From a virus (taxonomy: Duplodnaviria; Caudoviricetes), in IMG/VR virus record IMGVR_UViG_3300038530_001000, positions 1 through 54,267 of that record: 54,267 nt of DNA, one strand, 5' to 3'. How positions within the stretch are numbered: position 1 is the first letter of the stretch; every line of letters starts with the position of its first letter. The notes below the pieces were generated by a model, which saw nothing but the letters and a program-made list of their open reading frames with translations, ran no database searches and was not told the DNA's origin. Below, in pieces: positions 26,488 through 34,682 of this stretch. The position numbers and the translations under genes are program-made.

Positions 26488-26730
26488 ATGAGCAACGTGA
26501 CCCCAATCAAAACCAAGACCCACGCAAACCTGAGTGAGATGTTACTCAAGGCAGGCATAGCAGACTCAAGAGTGCCGGACTTACGCCGCGCTCTCATCGA
26601 TGTTCACAAAGCCTACTGCGATCTCGATCCCTGGGGCCGCAGTGACTTCAAGCATCTGTGTGGAGACCGCAAGTTCCACGAAGTGCTAATGATGATTGCG
26701 TCAGTTGAGGATCTGAACACTGATCTGTGA
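26488..26730 (+). CDS. Early hypothetical protein
   Basis: RBS AAGGAG. Confidence 0.65.
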   Translation: MSNVTPIKTKTHANLSEMLLKAGIADSRVPDLRRALIDVHKAYCDLDPWGRSDFKHLCGDRKFHEVLMMIASVEDLNTDL

Positions 26731-26732
26731 AG

Positions 26733-26761
26733 TTGCAACCACACAACGACTCGTATAAAAT
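26733..26761 (+). promoter_or_regulatory. Sigma70-type promoter
   Basis: TTGCAA-17 nt-TAAAAT in intergenic gap. Confidence 0.7.
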
Positions 26762-26792
26762 AACGTACAACACACAACAAACAGGAGAACCT

Positions 26793-27479
26793 ATGAAACC
26801 CATAACGAAGCAAGAACTGCGCGATCAACTGAAAGAAGCTAACGAGAAGTTGATCGACACTGAGCGTCGCCTGAGAGACGCAGAGACTCAAAGAGAATCG
26901 ACACGCAAAAGATTCGTTGAGAAGCGTGAGCGTGTTGAGGAACTGGAGGCTCTGTTAGCCATCGAGAACCATGATCCAGACTTGGTAGACAAGTACAAGA
27001 TCGTTCACCCAGACAATGTTTGGTGGATGAAATCCTCTGATGCGTACATCACCATCAACACGCATGGCGCTGAGTCTGACTACCACATGGGCAAGAAGCA
27101 GCGAGTCAGCACAATACCAATTCCTAATCTAAATCTTGCATCTCGATGGCACAGCAAAGTGCCGAGCATTCGTGTATGGCAGGATGGAGAATGGCAGTAT
27201 GTTGAGTCTAATTCTTGGGTGCTGGTCAGCGAAGACGATAAGGGTCAGGTCTGGGAGAGACCTAGTGTCGAGATCGGTGACCGCACTTATCCATCTGAGA
27301 CTGTTCTGGTGGAAACGCGAGAGCAATTCTATGCCCGTAAAAGAGTGGAGACCGACGAGCACATCGCTCTGTTGCTTGATACCGCCCGAAGCATTACCGA
27401 TTTGTACTCCAAGATTGGCGGCTGGCCCGACAACGAGGTATCAGTCGATGTAGAGATCAACAACATTCAGGATATTTAG
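26793..27479 (+). CDS. Hypothetical protein with N-terminal coiled coil
   Basis: ATG at 26793 after CAGGAG (MKPITKQELRDQ...). Confidence 0.75.
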   Translation: MKPITKQELRDQLKEANEKLIDTERRLRDAETQRESTRKRFVEKRERVEELEALLAIENHDPDLVDKYKIVHPDNVWWMKSSDAYITINTHGAESDYHMGKKQRVSTIPIPNLNLASRWHSKVPSIRVWQDGEWQYVESNSWVLVSEDDKGQVWERPSVEIGDRTYPSETVLVETREQFYARKRVETDEHIALLLDTARSITDLYSKIGGWPDNEVSVDVEINNIQDI

Positions 27480-27487
27480 GAGACGCC

Positions 27488-27859
27488 ATGAAACCCGAAA
27501 CGAAACAAGAACTGCGTGATCAGGTTGCACACCAAGAGAACCTGCTAGATATACAGCAACAAGCGATCGGTGACTTGGAGGACAAGTTATACCCACAGAA
27601 GATCTACCTTGATCATGCAGACATCGGAATGATTTTGACTTTGTTGCACCATGAATCTGGCTCCATTGACGAGGGCCTTAATAGGCTGGAACGCATTGAA
27701 GATCCGTACGATCAAGTTGGTGACGCTGTTTATTATGCGCTGAATCAACAGAAGGGCCGTCTGAGAAAGCTGGCAAACAAAATCAAAGATCAGTCTCCGA
27801 GAGACTATAAATTTGATGTCGATATGCAAGCTGTCGTGCCGACTGAGTCCAATGAGTGA
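27488..27859 (+). CDS. Hypothetical coiled-coil protein; N-terminus paralogous to the previous gene
   Basis: MKPETKQELRDQ; RBS AGGAG. Confidence 0.75.
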   Translation: MKPETKQELRDQVAHQENLLDIQQQAIGDLEDKLYPQKIYLDHADIGMILTLLHHESGSIDEGLNRLERIEDPYDQVGDAVYYALNQQKGRLRKLANKIKDQSPRDYKFDVDMQAVVPTESNE

Positions 27860-28169
27860 TTTTGAAGAGATCCTCGACTCACTCGATGCACTGATCGTGC
27901 AGTGGGAGGAGGCTGCCATGGCTCAAGTGAACTATGACACTTCCTTCAAAAGCTGGGAGTCTGCACGCAAGACAGCACTTATGGATTCGGGTCTCAGCGC
28001 AGTTCGCGCCGAGGCTCAGATCCGTGGGTCTGCTGAGTGGTCTCAGTACTACACTGATCTGCAAATGCAGAACATCCAGGTTGAGAAGAAACGAAAACAG
28101 ATCGATGCCTGCAAGCTTCGCTTCGAGGCAGAGCGCACCGAGAGAGCCGATAAAAGGAGGATCGTGTGA
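27852..28169 (+). CDS. Helical hypothetical protein
   Basis: ATG at 27852; S...AEAQIR.S.EW...FEAERTERA. Confidence 0.6.
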   Translation: MSDFEEILDSLDALIVQWEEAAMAQVNYDTSFKSWESARKTALMDSGLSAVRAEAQIRGSAEWSQYYTDLQMQNIQVEKKRKQIDACKLRFEAERTERADKRRIV

Positions 28170-28405
28170 GTCAGCAATTCATTCACGATATGCGTGAAAA
28201 GGTGATCGCAATGGAAAAGATCAGCGAGATCCAGGAGATGCTGCACAACATGGCGGCATTGATGGTGGGCTACCCCGATGCGTCCGAAGAACAAAGCAAG
28301 CAATGGCTCGACACTCTGAACATCTGCCGGATCGAACTCAGGCGTCGGCATCCCCACGGGCAGGTACGTCTTGCGCCCAAGAAGGGAGTGATCAGCAATG
28401 ACTGA
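28166..28405 (+). CDS. Hypothetical protein
   Basis: RBS AGGAGG; GTGA overlap. Confidence 0.6.
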   Translation: MSQQFIHDMREKVIAMEKISEIQEMLHNMAALMVGYPDASEEQSKQWLDTLNICRIELRRRHPHGQVRLAPKKGVISND

Positions 28406-28721
28406 TGAAGAATGGATTCAGGAATACGAGAAGGCGGTGGCAGAGGTTCATCGCAAGCTCGAAGTCTGTGAGAAAGAACTCGTGATGTATTTTGTTAGAA
28501 CGGATGTCGATCAGCTTGGATCGAAAGATTGGTGGGCAAAAGAGGTTCAGACAAGTCTGATCCACGTCATCCAAAGGGATATCGGACTGTTGGCTAAAGG
28601 TGTCCATCAATATCGCGGATGGCGAGAGCGAATCGCTAGGATGGAGCGAGAAGGTAAGCTAGAGGGCAATGATCTCAACAGCGATAGCCTGCTGGTATAC
28701 GGTCAATACGAAATATATTAA
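28398..28721 (+). CDS. Hypothetical protein
   Basis: RBS GGGAG; operon context. Confidence 0.6.
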   Translation: MTDEEWIQEYEKAVAEVHRKLEVCEKELVMYFVRTDVDQLGSKDWWAKEVQTSLIHVIQRDIGLLAKGVHQYRGWRERIARMEREGKLEGNDLNSDSLLVYGQYEIY

Positions 28722-28735
28722 GGAGGACTAACACA

Positions 28736-29014
28736 TTGAAAGGGAGAAACCATTTCGTGGATCTCGAAAAAGAGGTACGCGAGTATTTATCTGACGCTGA
28801 TCTTCGCGCGCAAGTGCTTGAGGAGTTAGCGCAAAACATTTTGAGGAAAATGGTGGAGATGCACAGTTACACCAGCGGGCCTGGGCTTGTGAGTCCAGCG
28901 CCAAAAAGCTCTGTGTCCTTCGCTGGCGCGATAGTGAAAGGCGTTGCCAGCGTAATCGCCGAAGAGTTGGGGAAGTATGGCGAGGAACGTCCTGCGCCCA
29001 AAAAGGAGAGCTAA
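28736..29014 (+). CDS. Hypothetical protein
   Basis: RBS AAGGAGG, TTG start. Confidence 0.6.
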   Translation: MKGRNHFVDLEKEVREYLSDADLRAQVLEELAQNILRKMVEMHSYTSGPGLVSPAPKSSVSFAGAIVKGVASVIAEELGKYGEERPAPKKES

Positions 29015-29016
29015 CT

Positions 29017-29310
29017 GTGTTGGATAGAGGTGACGCAGAACGAAGCGATCCACGCGCACCGTGGAACCAGCCGGACGCGATCATGTGTCCAAAGCATCCC
29101 GACATCGAGATGAATGAGGTTGAGGATGAAGACGAGAATGGCAAGTACTGCTTCACGTTCTGTGAAGTCTGCCTTGCTATCGAGGAAAACGAAAACGACA
29201 ACCTCCGATGTGGGGTCTGTCATGGCAATGACCTGGAATACGATCATGGCCCAGGCTTTTACTGCCTGCGCTGCGAGATGCACCAGGAAGTATTCATAAA
29301 CGAACTTTAA
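29017..29310 (+). CDS. Acidic Cys-rich (zinc-ribbon) protein
   Basis: CPKH, CEVC, CGVC, CLRC. Confidence 0.6.
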   Translation: MLDRGDAERSDPRAPWNQPDAIMCPKHPDIEMNEVEDEDENGKYCFTFCEVCLAIEENENDNLRCGVCHGNDLEYDHGPGFYCLRCEMHQEVFINEL

Positions 29311-29318
29311 GGAGAACC

Positions 29319-30599
29319 ATGGATTTCAAGATAGGTGACGCCGACGAGCTGGCGGATATGGCAGAAAAGATGATCAAGGGATCGAGTGTCGATTCGGAAA
29401 AACTGTTCAACATGCAGTTAGGCGATTTACAGAACGAGGCCATCGCAGCCAAGCAGCAACCCTTTGCCAAGCTGATTGGAATGGAGGAATACGAACATAC
29501 CAAAGAGCACAAAATTTTTTGGAAAAAGAAGTCTAAGCAAAGGCTTAACGACCCGATTCACGGGTTACGCAAAGCTGTAAGCTACACGATATCTGACGAG
29601 ATTATTGATTTTCTTCGGCCCTCCGTCGAAAAGGGTAACCAGCGAGCACTGTACAACGCTTGCCTGAACGCACGACCACGTCACAACAATATGTGGATTG
29701 AGTGGGAGTCTCATGACCCGTTGCAACATCGAGGCTTGACGGGTTGGCACATCATGACGATGCCTAATGTCTACAGGCTTGACAACGGTCATGCTGGACG
29801 TAGCTATCCGGTGAAGGCAGGCGAGTGCTTTCACTTCGAGAATTACTACGAGATCGATATCAAGCATCCCGCCCGATTCGCTAAGGCCAACGAGCTTATG
29901 GATAAGGCCGAGATAACCGGCGCTGCATTTGATGAAAATGTGCGAGTGGCGAGCGGCAAATTACAAAAACGGGTAGGCATATCGAAGCTGTCAGGATCGA
30001 CGGATATCTGGGCCAGTGAGCAGATATTCCAAAGAGACGGCAGCACTTTACTCCCCGAGCAAGTGAAGGCTAATGACGCGCTGAATGCGATGTGGTTCCT
30101 TGGTGATAATAGAGGTGAGTTCTCTCCAGATATGCAAACCATCATGGGAAATCGATGGCGTATTGGGCTGAACAATTACATCGATGACACCCCCGAGAAC
30201 AACAGACGAGTGCCGTTTGACCGGCGGGAGGAAGCGAACAAGATGGCTTGGCTGATGGCGATACTGAGCCTCATGAACTTCGACTGGTTTGTTGAAGAGC
30301 CGCGCAACGCAGGTGTACAGGGTAGCAAGCCGATGCGCGGGAACATAACGCCGTTTGATTCGCATTATACGGTGCTTTTGAAATTGCCGAAGACCAGGGG
30401 GCGAGTAATCGTACCCAAACAACCCAAGCGCACTGAGAGCTATGGTGTACGCTGGCACGAAGTCGTTGGCCACAAGCGCCATTATCGGGATGAGTTTGGT
30501 CAGATATACAAAACGATCTATATCAAGCCATACGGGCGTGGAAACGAGAAACTAGGACGTGTAACAAAAGACTATGCGGTGGTGAAAGACGATGAGTGA
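29319..30599 (+). CDS. Conserved phage protein (426 aa) with C-terminal H.V.GH.R motif
   Basis: RWHEVVGHKRHY...IYIKPYGRGNEKLGRVTKDY; RBS AAGGAG. Confidence 0.8.
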   Translation: MDFKIGDADELADMAEKMIKGSSVDSEKLFNMQLGDLQNEAIAAKQQPFAKLIGMEEYEHTKEHKIFWKKKSKQRLNDPIHGLRKAVSYTISDEIIDFLRPSVEKGNQRALYNACLNARPRHNNMWIEWESHDPLQHRGLTGWHIMTMPNVYRLDNGHAGRSYPVKAGECFHFENYYEIDIKHPARFAKANELMDKAEITGAAFDENVRVASGKLQKRVGISKLSGSTDIWASEQIFQRDGSTLLPEQVKANDALNAMWFLGDNRGEFSPDMQTIMGNRWRIGLNNYIDDTPENNRRVPFDRREEANKMAWLMAILSLMNFDWFVEEPRNAGVQGSKPMRGNITPFDSHYTVLLKLPKTRGRVIVPKQPKRTESYGVRWHEVVGHKRHYRDEFGQIYKTIYIKPYGRGNEKLGRVTKDYAVVKDDE

Positions 30600-30822
30600 A
30601 CTTAGTATTAAATACCTCAAGCTTGAGGCAGATGAACTGACTACCCTGGCGACTCTGCTTCGCATGAGCAAGGACGATCCCAGGATTAATGGCTTGATCG
30701 GCACTTGTTTTTGGAGTCACGCCTACTCAAAGGAGGAGGAGGCCGAGCTAAAACAAGCTTGGACTCGACTGCTCGATAAGGTGAATGCGCTGGTCGAGGA
30801 GCAGCATAATGTCTCTGTTTGA
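30592..30822 (+). CDS. Hypothetical protein
   Basis: Overlaps previous stop; operon context. Confidence 0.6.
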   Translation: MSELSIKYLKLEADELTTLATLLRMSKDDPRINGLIGTCFWSHAYSKEEEAELKQAWTRLLDKVNALVEEQHNVSV

Positions 30823-31048
30823 TGATGTGGAGCAAATCATGGTGCTGGCAAACGAGATACTTGGCGATCACCCCAAGGGCGACTATGAGATCGTGATCAT
30901 GTATCGAGACCCAGACTTGGGTGAGGAGTGGCAGACTGCCAGCTATCGAGACATGATGATCTCGGACATCCAATCTCTACCAGAGATCACTGACGGCTAC
31001 GAGATCGGTGGTATGTCAGTCAAGAAAATCAGAGGACTAAGGGGCTAG
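30809..31048 (+). CDS. Acidic hypothetical protein
   Basis: ATG at 30809 after GAGGAG. Confidence 0.65.
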   Translation: MSLFDDVEQIMVLANEILGDHPKGDYEIVIMYRDPDLGEEWQTASYRDMMISDIQSLPEITDGYEIGGMSVKKIRGLRG

Positions 31049-31062
31049 GATCGGCAAGGCGA

Positions 31063-31171
31063 GTGTCAGCGTCAGGCCGTGCTGGGCTTAACACGACCCA
31101 GCCTCCAGTGTGAAATAGGTGAGATGAAGCGGCTGCCCCATGGTTCACAACCCAATCTCATCGACTGGCAC
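31063..31171 (+). ncRNA. Candidate double-pseudoknot structured RNA
   Basis: Closing helix GTGTCAG/CTGGCAC around two crossing helix pairs; intergenic. Confidence 0.45.
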
Positions 31172-31177
31172 ATCTAT

Positions 31178-31220
31178 CAAAAAGAAACCCCCGGTCACAG
31201 ATGGAGGCGGTGACCGGGGG
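31178..31220 (-). terminator. Rho-independent terminator of the minus-strand replication operon
   Basis: 11-bp stem CCCCCGGTCAC/GTGACCGGGGG followed on the minus strand by TTTCTTTTT. Confidence 0.85.
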
Positions 31221-31252
31221 CTAGGGATGACGGTTAAGGAGAGACCCGTCAA
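31178..31252 (-). ncRNA. Candidate sRNA with two anti-Shine-Dalgarno loops
   Basis: Possible promoter TTGCAA-16-GAGAAT (31284-31257); hairpin loops GUCUCUCCUUAA and CGCCUCCAUCU; terminator. Confidence 0.5.
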
Positions 31253-31287
31253 ATGGATTCTCTCAAACGCTATAGGATTTGCAAAGA

Positions 31288-31764
31288 CTATTCTCTTCCC
31301 TTGGAAATGTAATCTCGATCCAATTGCTGCATCGCTAGACGGAAGATCGGAATCTCTTCATCGACAAACTCCTTGTCTTGAGCAATGCCGTTGATCACCA
31401 TGTAAGCATGATCGTCACCTACTGCTTCCTCGATGCATTTTGCAGTGTCCCGCAACCTTAGCAACCCGTAGTTGTAATTACTTTTCTGGAATCTAGTCGA
31501 TGGTGTGCTGTTCAGGTTCACACTTTTCACAAACGCTCCGGCGTCCACGAACACTTGCAGCATGTACTCTGCTGCCTTGTGCTCGATCAAAGTGATCTTG
31601 TCCTTCAGCAGCAACCGATCTATGGCTAACTGATCGGTGACTCTCGCCCTCGACACCACCTCGCCATCTTCTTTTTCCAAAACAATGTCGTGTCTCTCAT
31701 GCAGTTTCGGATTACCCACATCCATTGTGATTTCATCAGATGTCCCACTCGTCTTCTGTTTCAT
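31288..31764 (-). CDS. Hypothetical protein, possibly a late transcription regulator
   Basis: RARVTDQLAIDRLLLKDKIT..EH.AAE; downstream of primase-helicase. Confidence 0.6.
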   Translation of the reverse strand: MKQKTSGTSDEITMDVGNPKLHERHDIVLEKEDGEVVSRARVTDQLAIDRLLLKDKITLIEHKAAEYMLQVFVDAGAFVKSVNLNSTPSTRFQKSNYNYGLLRLRDTAKCIEEAVGDDHAYMVINGIAQDKEFVDEEIPIFRLAMQQLDRDYISKGRE

Positions 31765-33511
31765 TAAAATTCCTCACTGGTCTGACCGGGTTAGCCTCTG
31801 CCTCATCCCAATCGACAAAATCTTTGTACCTGCCGTTCACAGGGTCATAGCTCAGCTTTGCATGGCCTACCGATCCGATCCACTTGAACCGACACTTCCA
31901 CGAATGCACTTCGATGTGCTCACCAGTGCGATGCACCGTTAGTCCACAGTCTGATTTTGCAAACCATGCAGCACTGCCACTGATGTGATTGCCATTCGGT
32001 ATCGGCATCTGTCCGTTGTCGTTCGCCCTCATCTTTGCAGGGTGAGCGATGAACCAGATATGCAGATCGCAGGATCGAGCAAACTGCACCATGCGTGTCA
32101 GCATCTCACTGATCGCGTAGCTCTCTTGTTCTGCGTTGGCTTGTGCGATGTAATTGTACGGATCGATTACTAGGCCACGGCAACCCAGCCGCATCACTGC
32201 CTGCTTCGTGCGATCTATGATCGAGTCGATGGTAGCTGGTTCACCATCTTTGCTGTCGAGAAATGCGAAGTGATCGTTCACCCAGGACTTAGCCTCACTC
32301 ATCTCAGCCTGTGACATACGCTCTGTATCACCCATGAAGAATGGCTTGCGTGCTCTCTTCTCACTCAACTTGATAATGTGTAGGGGTGGAGGGTTCTCGA
32401 AGCTGGCAATGGCAAACTTCCAATCGTGTTGCTCTGCTAGATTTACCAGCACCGCATCGATGAACTCTGACTTGCCTGACCCAGGCAAACCCGTCACCAC
32501 TGTAAGCTGACCTTGCAACACTGTGTATAGGTCATCGAGTCCCGTGAACCCAGTGCTCTTGCCCTGCATCAACCCACGCTCGTACAGGAACGCCACATCA
32601 TCACTGTAATCATCGGCGCTGTAGACACCGACGAGTGGCGTTGGCACTGCACAATCGACCAACTCGGCCAAATAATCAGCACCATGATTGATTAGCGCGT
32701 CGTTGGCGTCCTTACAGCCCTCTGGAAGCTCTAAGTGATAGCACTTGGCCCTCCCTACACGCCTCATTATCTCCTCGCCTAGCGCCTCTCCAGGCTCATC
32801 AGAGTCCATTGCCAGAATGATCTTGTCTGCATTATCTAGGACAGATTTTGCTTTCCATAGGTATCCGAACTTTCTGTCCTCTGCTGGATCGACCTTGCGG
32901 TTGCTAACCTTTTGTGGAGCACCACTGGGTACAGATACCACCAGGTGATCAGGACGATTGCCCAGAGCATCAGAGATCGCGCAGCAATCAAGCTCACCTT
33001 CAGTAATGATCACTGTGGTATGTTGCTCAGAGGCCGACTCTATGTTCCACAGATGCTGGGCAGACCCATCCTGTATGAAGTTCTTGCCCTCAGTCGAGCG
33101 CCACTTGATCGCAGACTTGTCCTGGTATGCGAAGCCGATGGCTGACACGTCACCAGCGTTGTGGAAGTAGTGAGTGCCACCAACTACATTGAGATGGCGT
33201 ATGCGATCTGGATCTATGCCTCGAAGGCGTAGGAAGTTGTCAGCGACTAGCGAATCGTTTTGTTTTGGGACACTGATCGCCTGCACCTTGGCTGGTGGAT
33301 CAATGTCAAAATCATCGAATGGATTGTCTTTCACCTTGCCCGATGCCTCACAGTGCCAGCATTTGTACACCAGGCCATCGCTAACCTGATCGACATCGAG
33401 TGTGCGTTGGTTTTTTTTCTTTCTGTCACCAGAGCATAATGGACAGACATGCCTCCCTTCTCCGTGACTTGTGAGAAAATACTCAAAGTCGCTCTCATTC
33501 AACTGATTCAT
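31736..33511 (-). CDS. DNA primase-helicase (T7 gp4 / Twinkle-like)
   Basis: Zn finger CPLC...CWHC, TOPRIM ITEGELD and DSDEPG, Walker A GLPGSGKS, VIDPYN, IAHPAK, ISGSAAW; ATG at 33511 after GGAGG. Confidence 0.95.
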   Translation of the reverse strand: MNQLNESDFEYFLTSHGEGRHVCPLCSGDRKKKNQRTLDVDQVSDGLVYKCWHCEASGKVKDNPFDDFDIDPPAKVQAISVPKQNDSLVADNFLRLRGIDPDRIRHLNVVGGTHYFHNAGDVSAIGFAYQDKSAIKWRSTEGKNFIQDGSAQHLWNIESASEQHTTVIITEGELDCCAISDALGNRPDHLVVSVPSGAPQKVSNRKVDPAEDRKFGYLWKAKSVLDNADKIILAMDSDEPGEALGEEIMRRVGRAKCYHLELPEGCKDANDALINHGADYLAELVDCAVPTPLVGVYSADDYSDDVAFLYERGLMQGKSTGFTGLDDLYTVLQGQLTVVTGLPGSGKSEFIDAVLVNLAEQHDWKFAIASFENPPPLHIIKLSEKRARKPFFMGDTERMSQAEMSEAKSWVNDHFAFLDSKDGEPATIDSIIDRTKQAVMRLGCRGLVIDPYNYIAQANAEQESYAISEMLTRMVQFARSCDLHIWFIAHPAKMRANDNGQMPIPNGNHISGSAAWFAKSDCGLTVHRTGEHIEVHSWKCRFKWIGSVGHAKLSYDPVNGRYKDFVDWDEAEANPVRPVRNFNETEDEWDI

Positions 33512-33605
33512 CTTGCCTCCTTGCGAATCGTTGTGATTTGTGATATTTATCGAAAGCAATCGAACGACAGCTATCTCATCAACTCTTTAAGTTGATCTGT
33601 AGCTT

Positions 33606-33893
33606 TCAGATTCGATAGCCTTCGATGACCGTTCTCCTTAGTTCCTTCACCCCATCTCTCACTGCCTTCTGACGCCTGACACCCTCGTCCTGGCTTGCCA
33701 CCTTGTAAGTGATCTCAAAAAACTTTGCAGCAACGCCATCATCGATACCGTTATCCCTGCAAACTTCATACGCATCGAACTTCATCATGTAACGTAGTGC
33801 GTCCTCTCTAACAGACTGCACTGGATCATTAAGATCCTTGATCGTCTGTTCTAGCATCTTGATCACCAAGTCTTTTTTATTCGATAGGTTCAA
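33606..33893 (-). CDS. Hypothetical protein
   Basis: Overlaps the end of rusA. Confidence 0.55.
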   Translation of the reverse strand: MNLSNKKDLVIKMLEQTIKDLNDPVQSVREDALRYMMKFDAYEVCRDNGIDDGVAAKFFEITYKVASQDEGVRRQKAVRDGVKELRRTVIEGYRI

Positions 33894-34224
33894 CGGTGAT
33901 CTCTGCCCTGGGATTCTCTTTGTCGAGTCCGTGATAGATATGCTTCTCTTTCACCTGCCTATCGTTCTTGTAGGCGTACCCCTCCAAACAATCGAGTATC
34001 ACTGACTCATCCAAATCTGGCCTACGAGTTCGATAATAAATCGTCATGGTGACTCTCACGTCGCCTTCGAGTAGTTCATCTAACTGGGGGCATTGCTTTT
34101 TGAATGCGGCAACATAATCAACCGCCTTCTTGCTTTTGATTAATCGAGCACGTCCTGCAATCGTTACCATTCTACGCGAGTTGGCTTTCGATGCAGGTTC
34201 TCCTAGTATTATTGCCTCAAACAT
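33877..34224 (-). CDS. rusA: RusA-family Holliday junction resolvase
   Basis: GEPASKANSRR...RRPDLD....LDCLEGYAYKNDRQV...NPRAEITV; ATG at 34224. Confidence 0.88.
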   Translation of the reverse strand: MFEAIILGEPASKANSRRMVTIAGRARLIKSKKAVDYVAAFKKQCPQLDELLEGDVRVTMTIYYRTRRPDLDESVILDCLEGYAYKNDRQVKEKHIYHGLDKENPRAEITVEPIE

Positions 34225-34225
34225 G

Positions 34226-34254
34226 TTGCACAACATAACGTGGGTCGTTATACT
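34226..34254 (+). promoter_or_regulatory. Sigma70-type promoter for the recombination operon
   Basis: TTGCAC-17 nt-TATACT. Confidence 0.75.
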
Positions 34255-34276
34255 TTGCAACCTGATGGAGGTTTGC

Positions 34277-34630
34277 ATGAGCAAAATTGGAAACTATGTA
34301 TTTGAATGCGAAGAGCGAGGAGAGATGTTCTTCAATGAGGAGTCTTTGACCTATGAGTTTAGAAATCAAACCGAATGTGGACATGAAAGTGCGTCAGCCG
34401 GGAGAGTCGTTGCCGACAATACCGTGGGACGAGATGTATTGGAAGGACGCCTTCGATATACCCGTCACCGTCGACAACTATCAAAGCCGTTTAAGCGCAG
34501 CAAGAAGTTCCTACAAACGCTGGCAAGATCGGCAAACAAACGAAGAGCGAGAGTTCTACATCGGCAAGCACGACGAGAACGACAATCTTTTCGTGCGGGT
34601 CTACTGCAAAAAGGGGCCAGTGCGCGATGA
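34277..34630 (+). CDS. Hypothetical protein (MSKIGNYVFECEERGE...), overlapping the next ORF
   Basis: RBS GGAGG just after the promoter. Confidence 0.45.
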   Translation: MSKIGNYVFECEERGEMFFNEESLTYEFRNQTECGHESASAGRVVADNTVGRDVLEGRLRYTRHRRQLSKPFKRSKKFLQTLARSANKRRARVLHRQARRERQSFRAGLLQKGASAR

Positions 34631-34682
34631 AAATAACCAATCATCACAATCTTTCACAACCGATAGTTCAAGCCCTTTCTAG
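34353..34682 (+). CDS. Hypothetical, possibly DNA-binding protein
   Basis: RBS GAGGAG; PWDEM...DAFDIP...VRVY pattern. Confidence 0.65.
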   Translation: MSLEIKPNVDMKVRQPGESLPTIPWDEMYWKDAFDIPVTVDNYQSRLSAARSSYKRWQDRQTNEEREFYIGKHDENDNLFVRVYCKKGPVRDENNQSSQSFTTDSSSPF

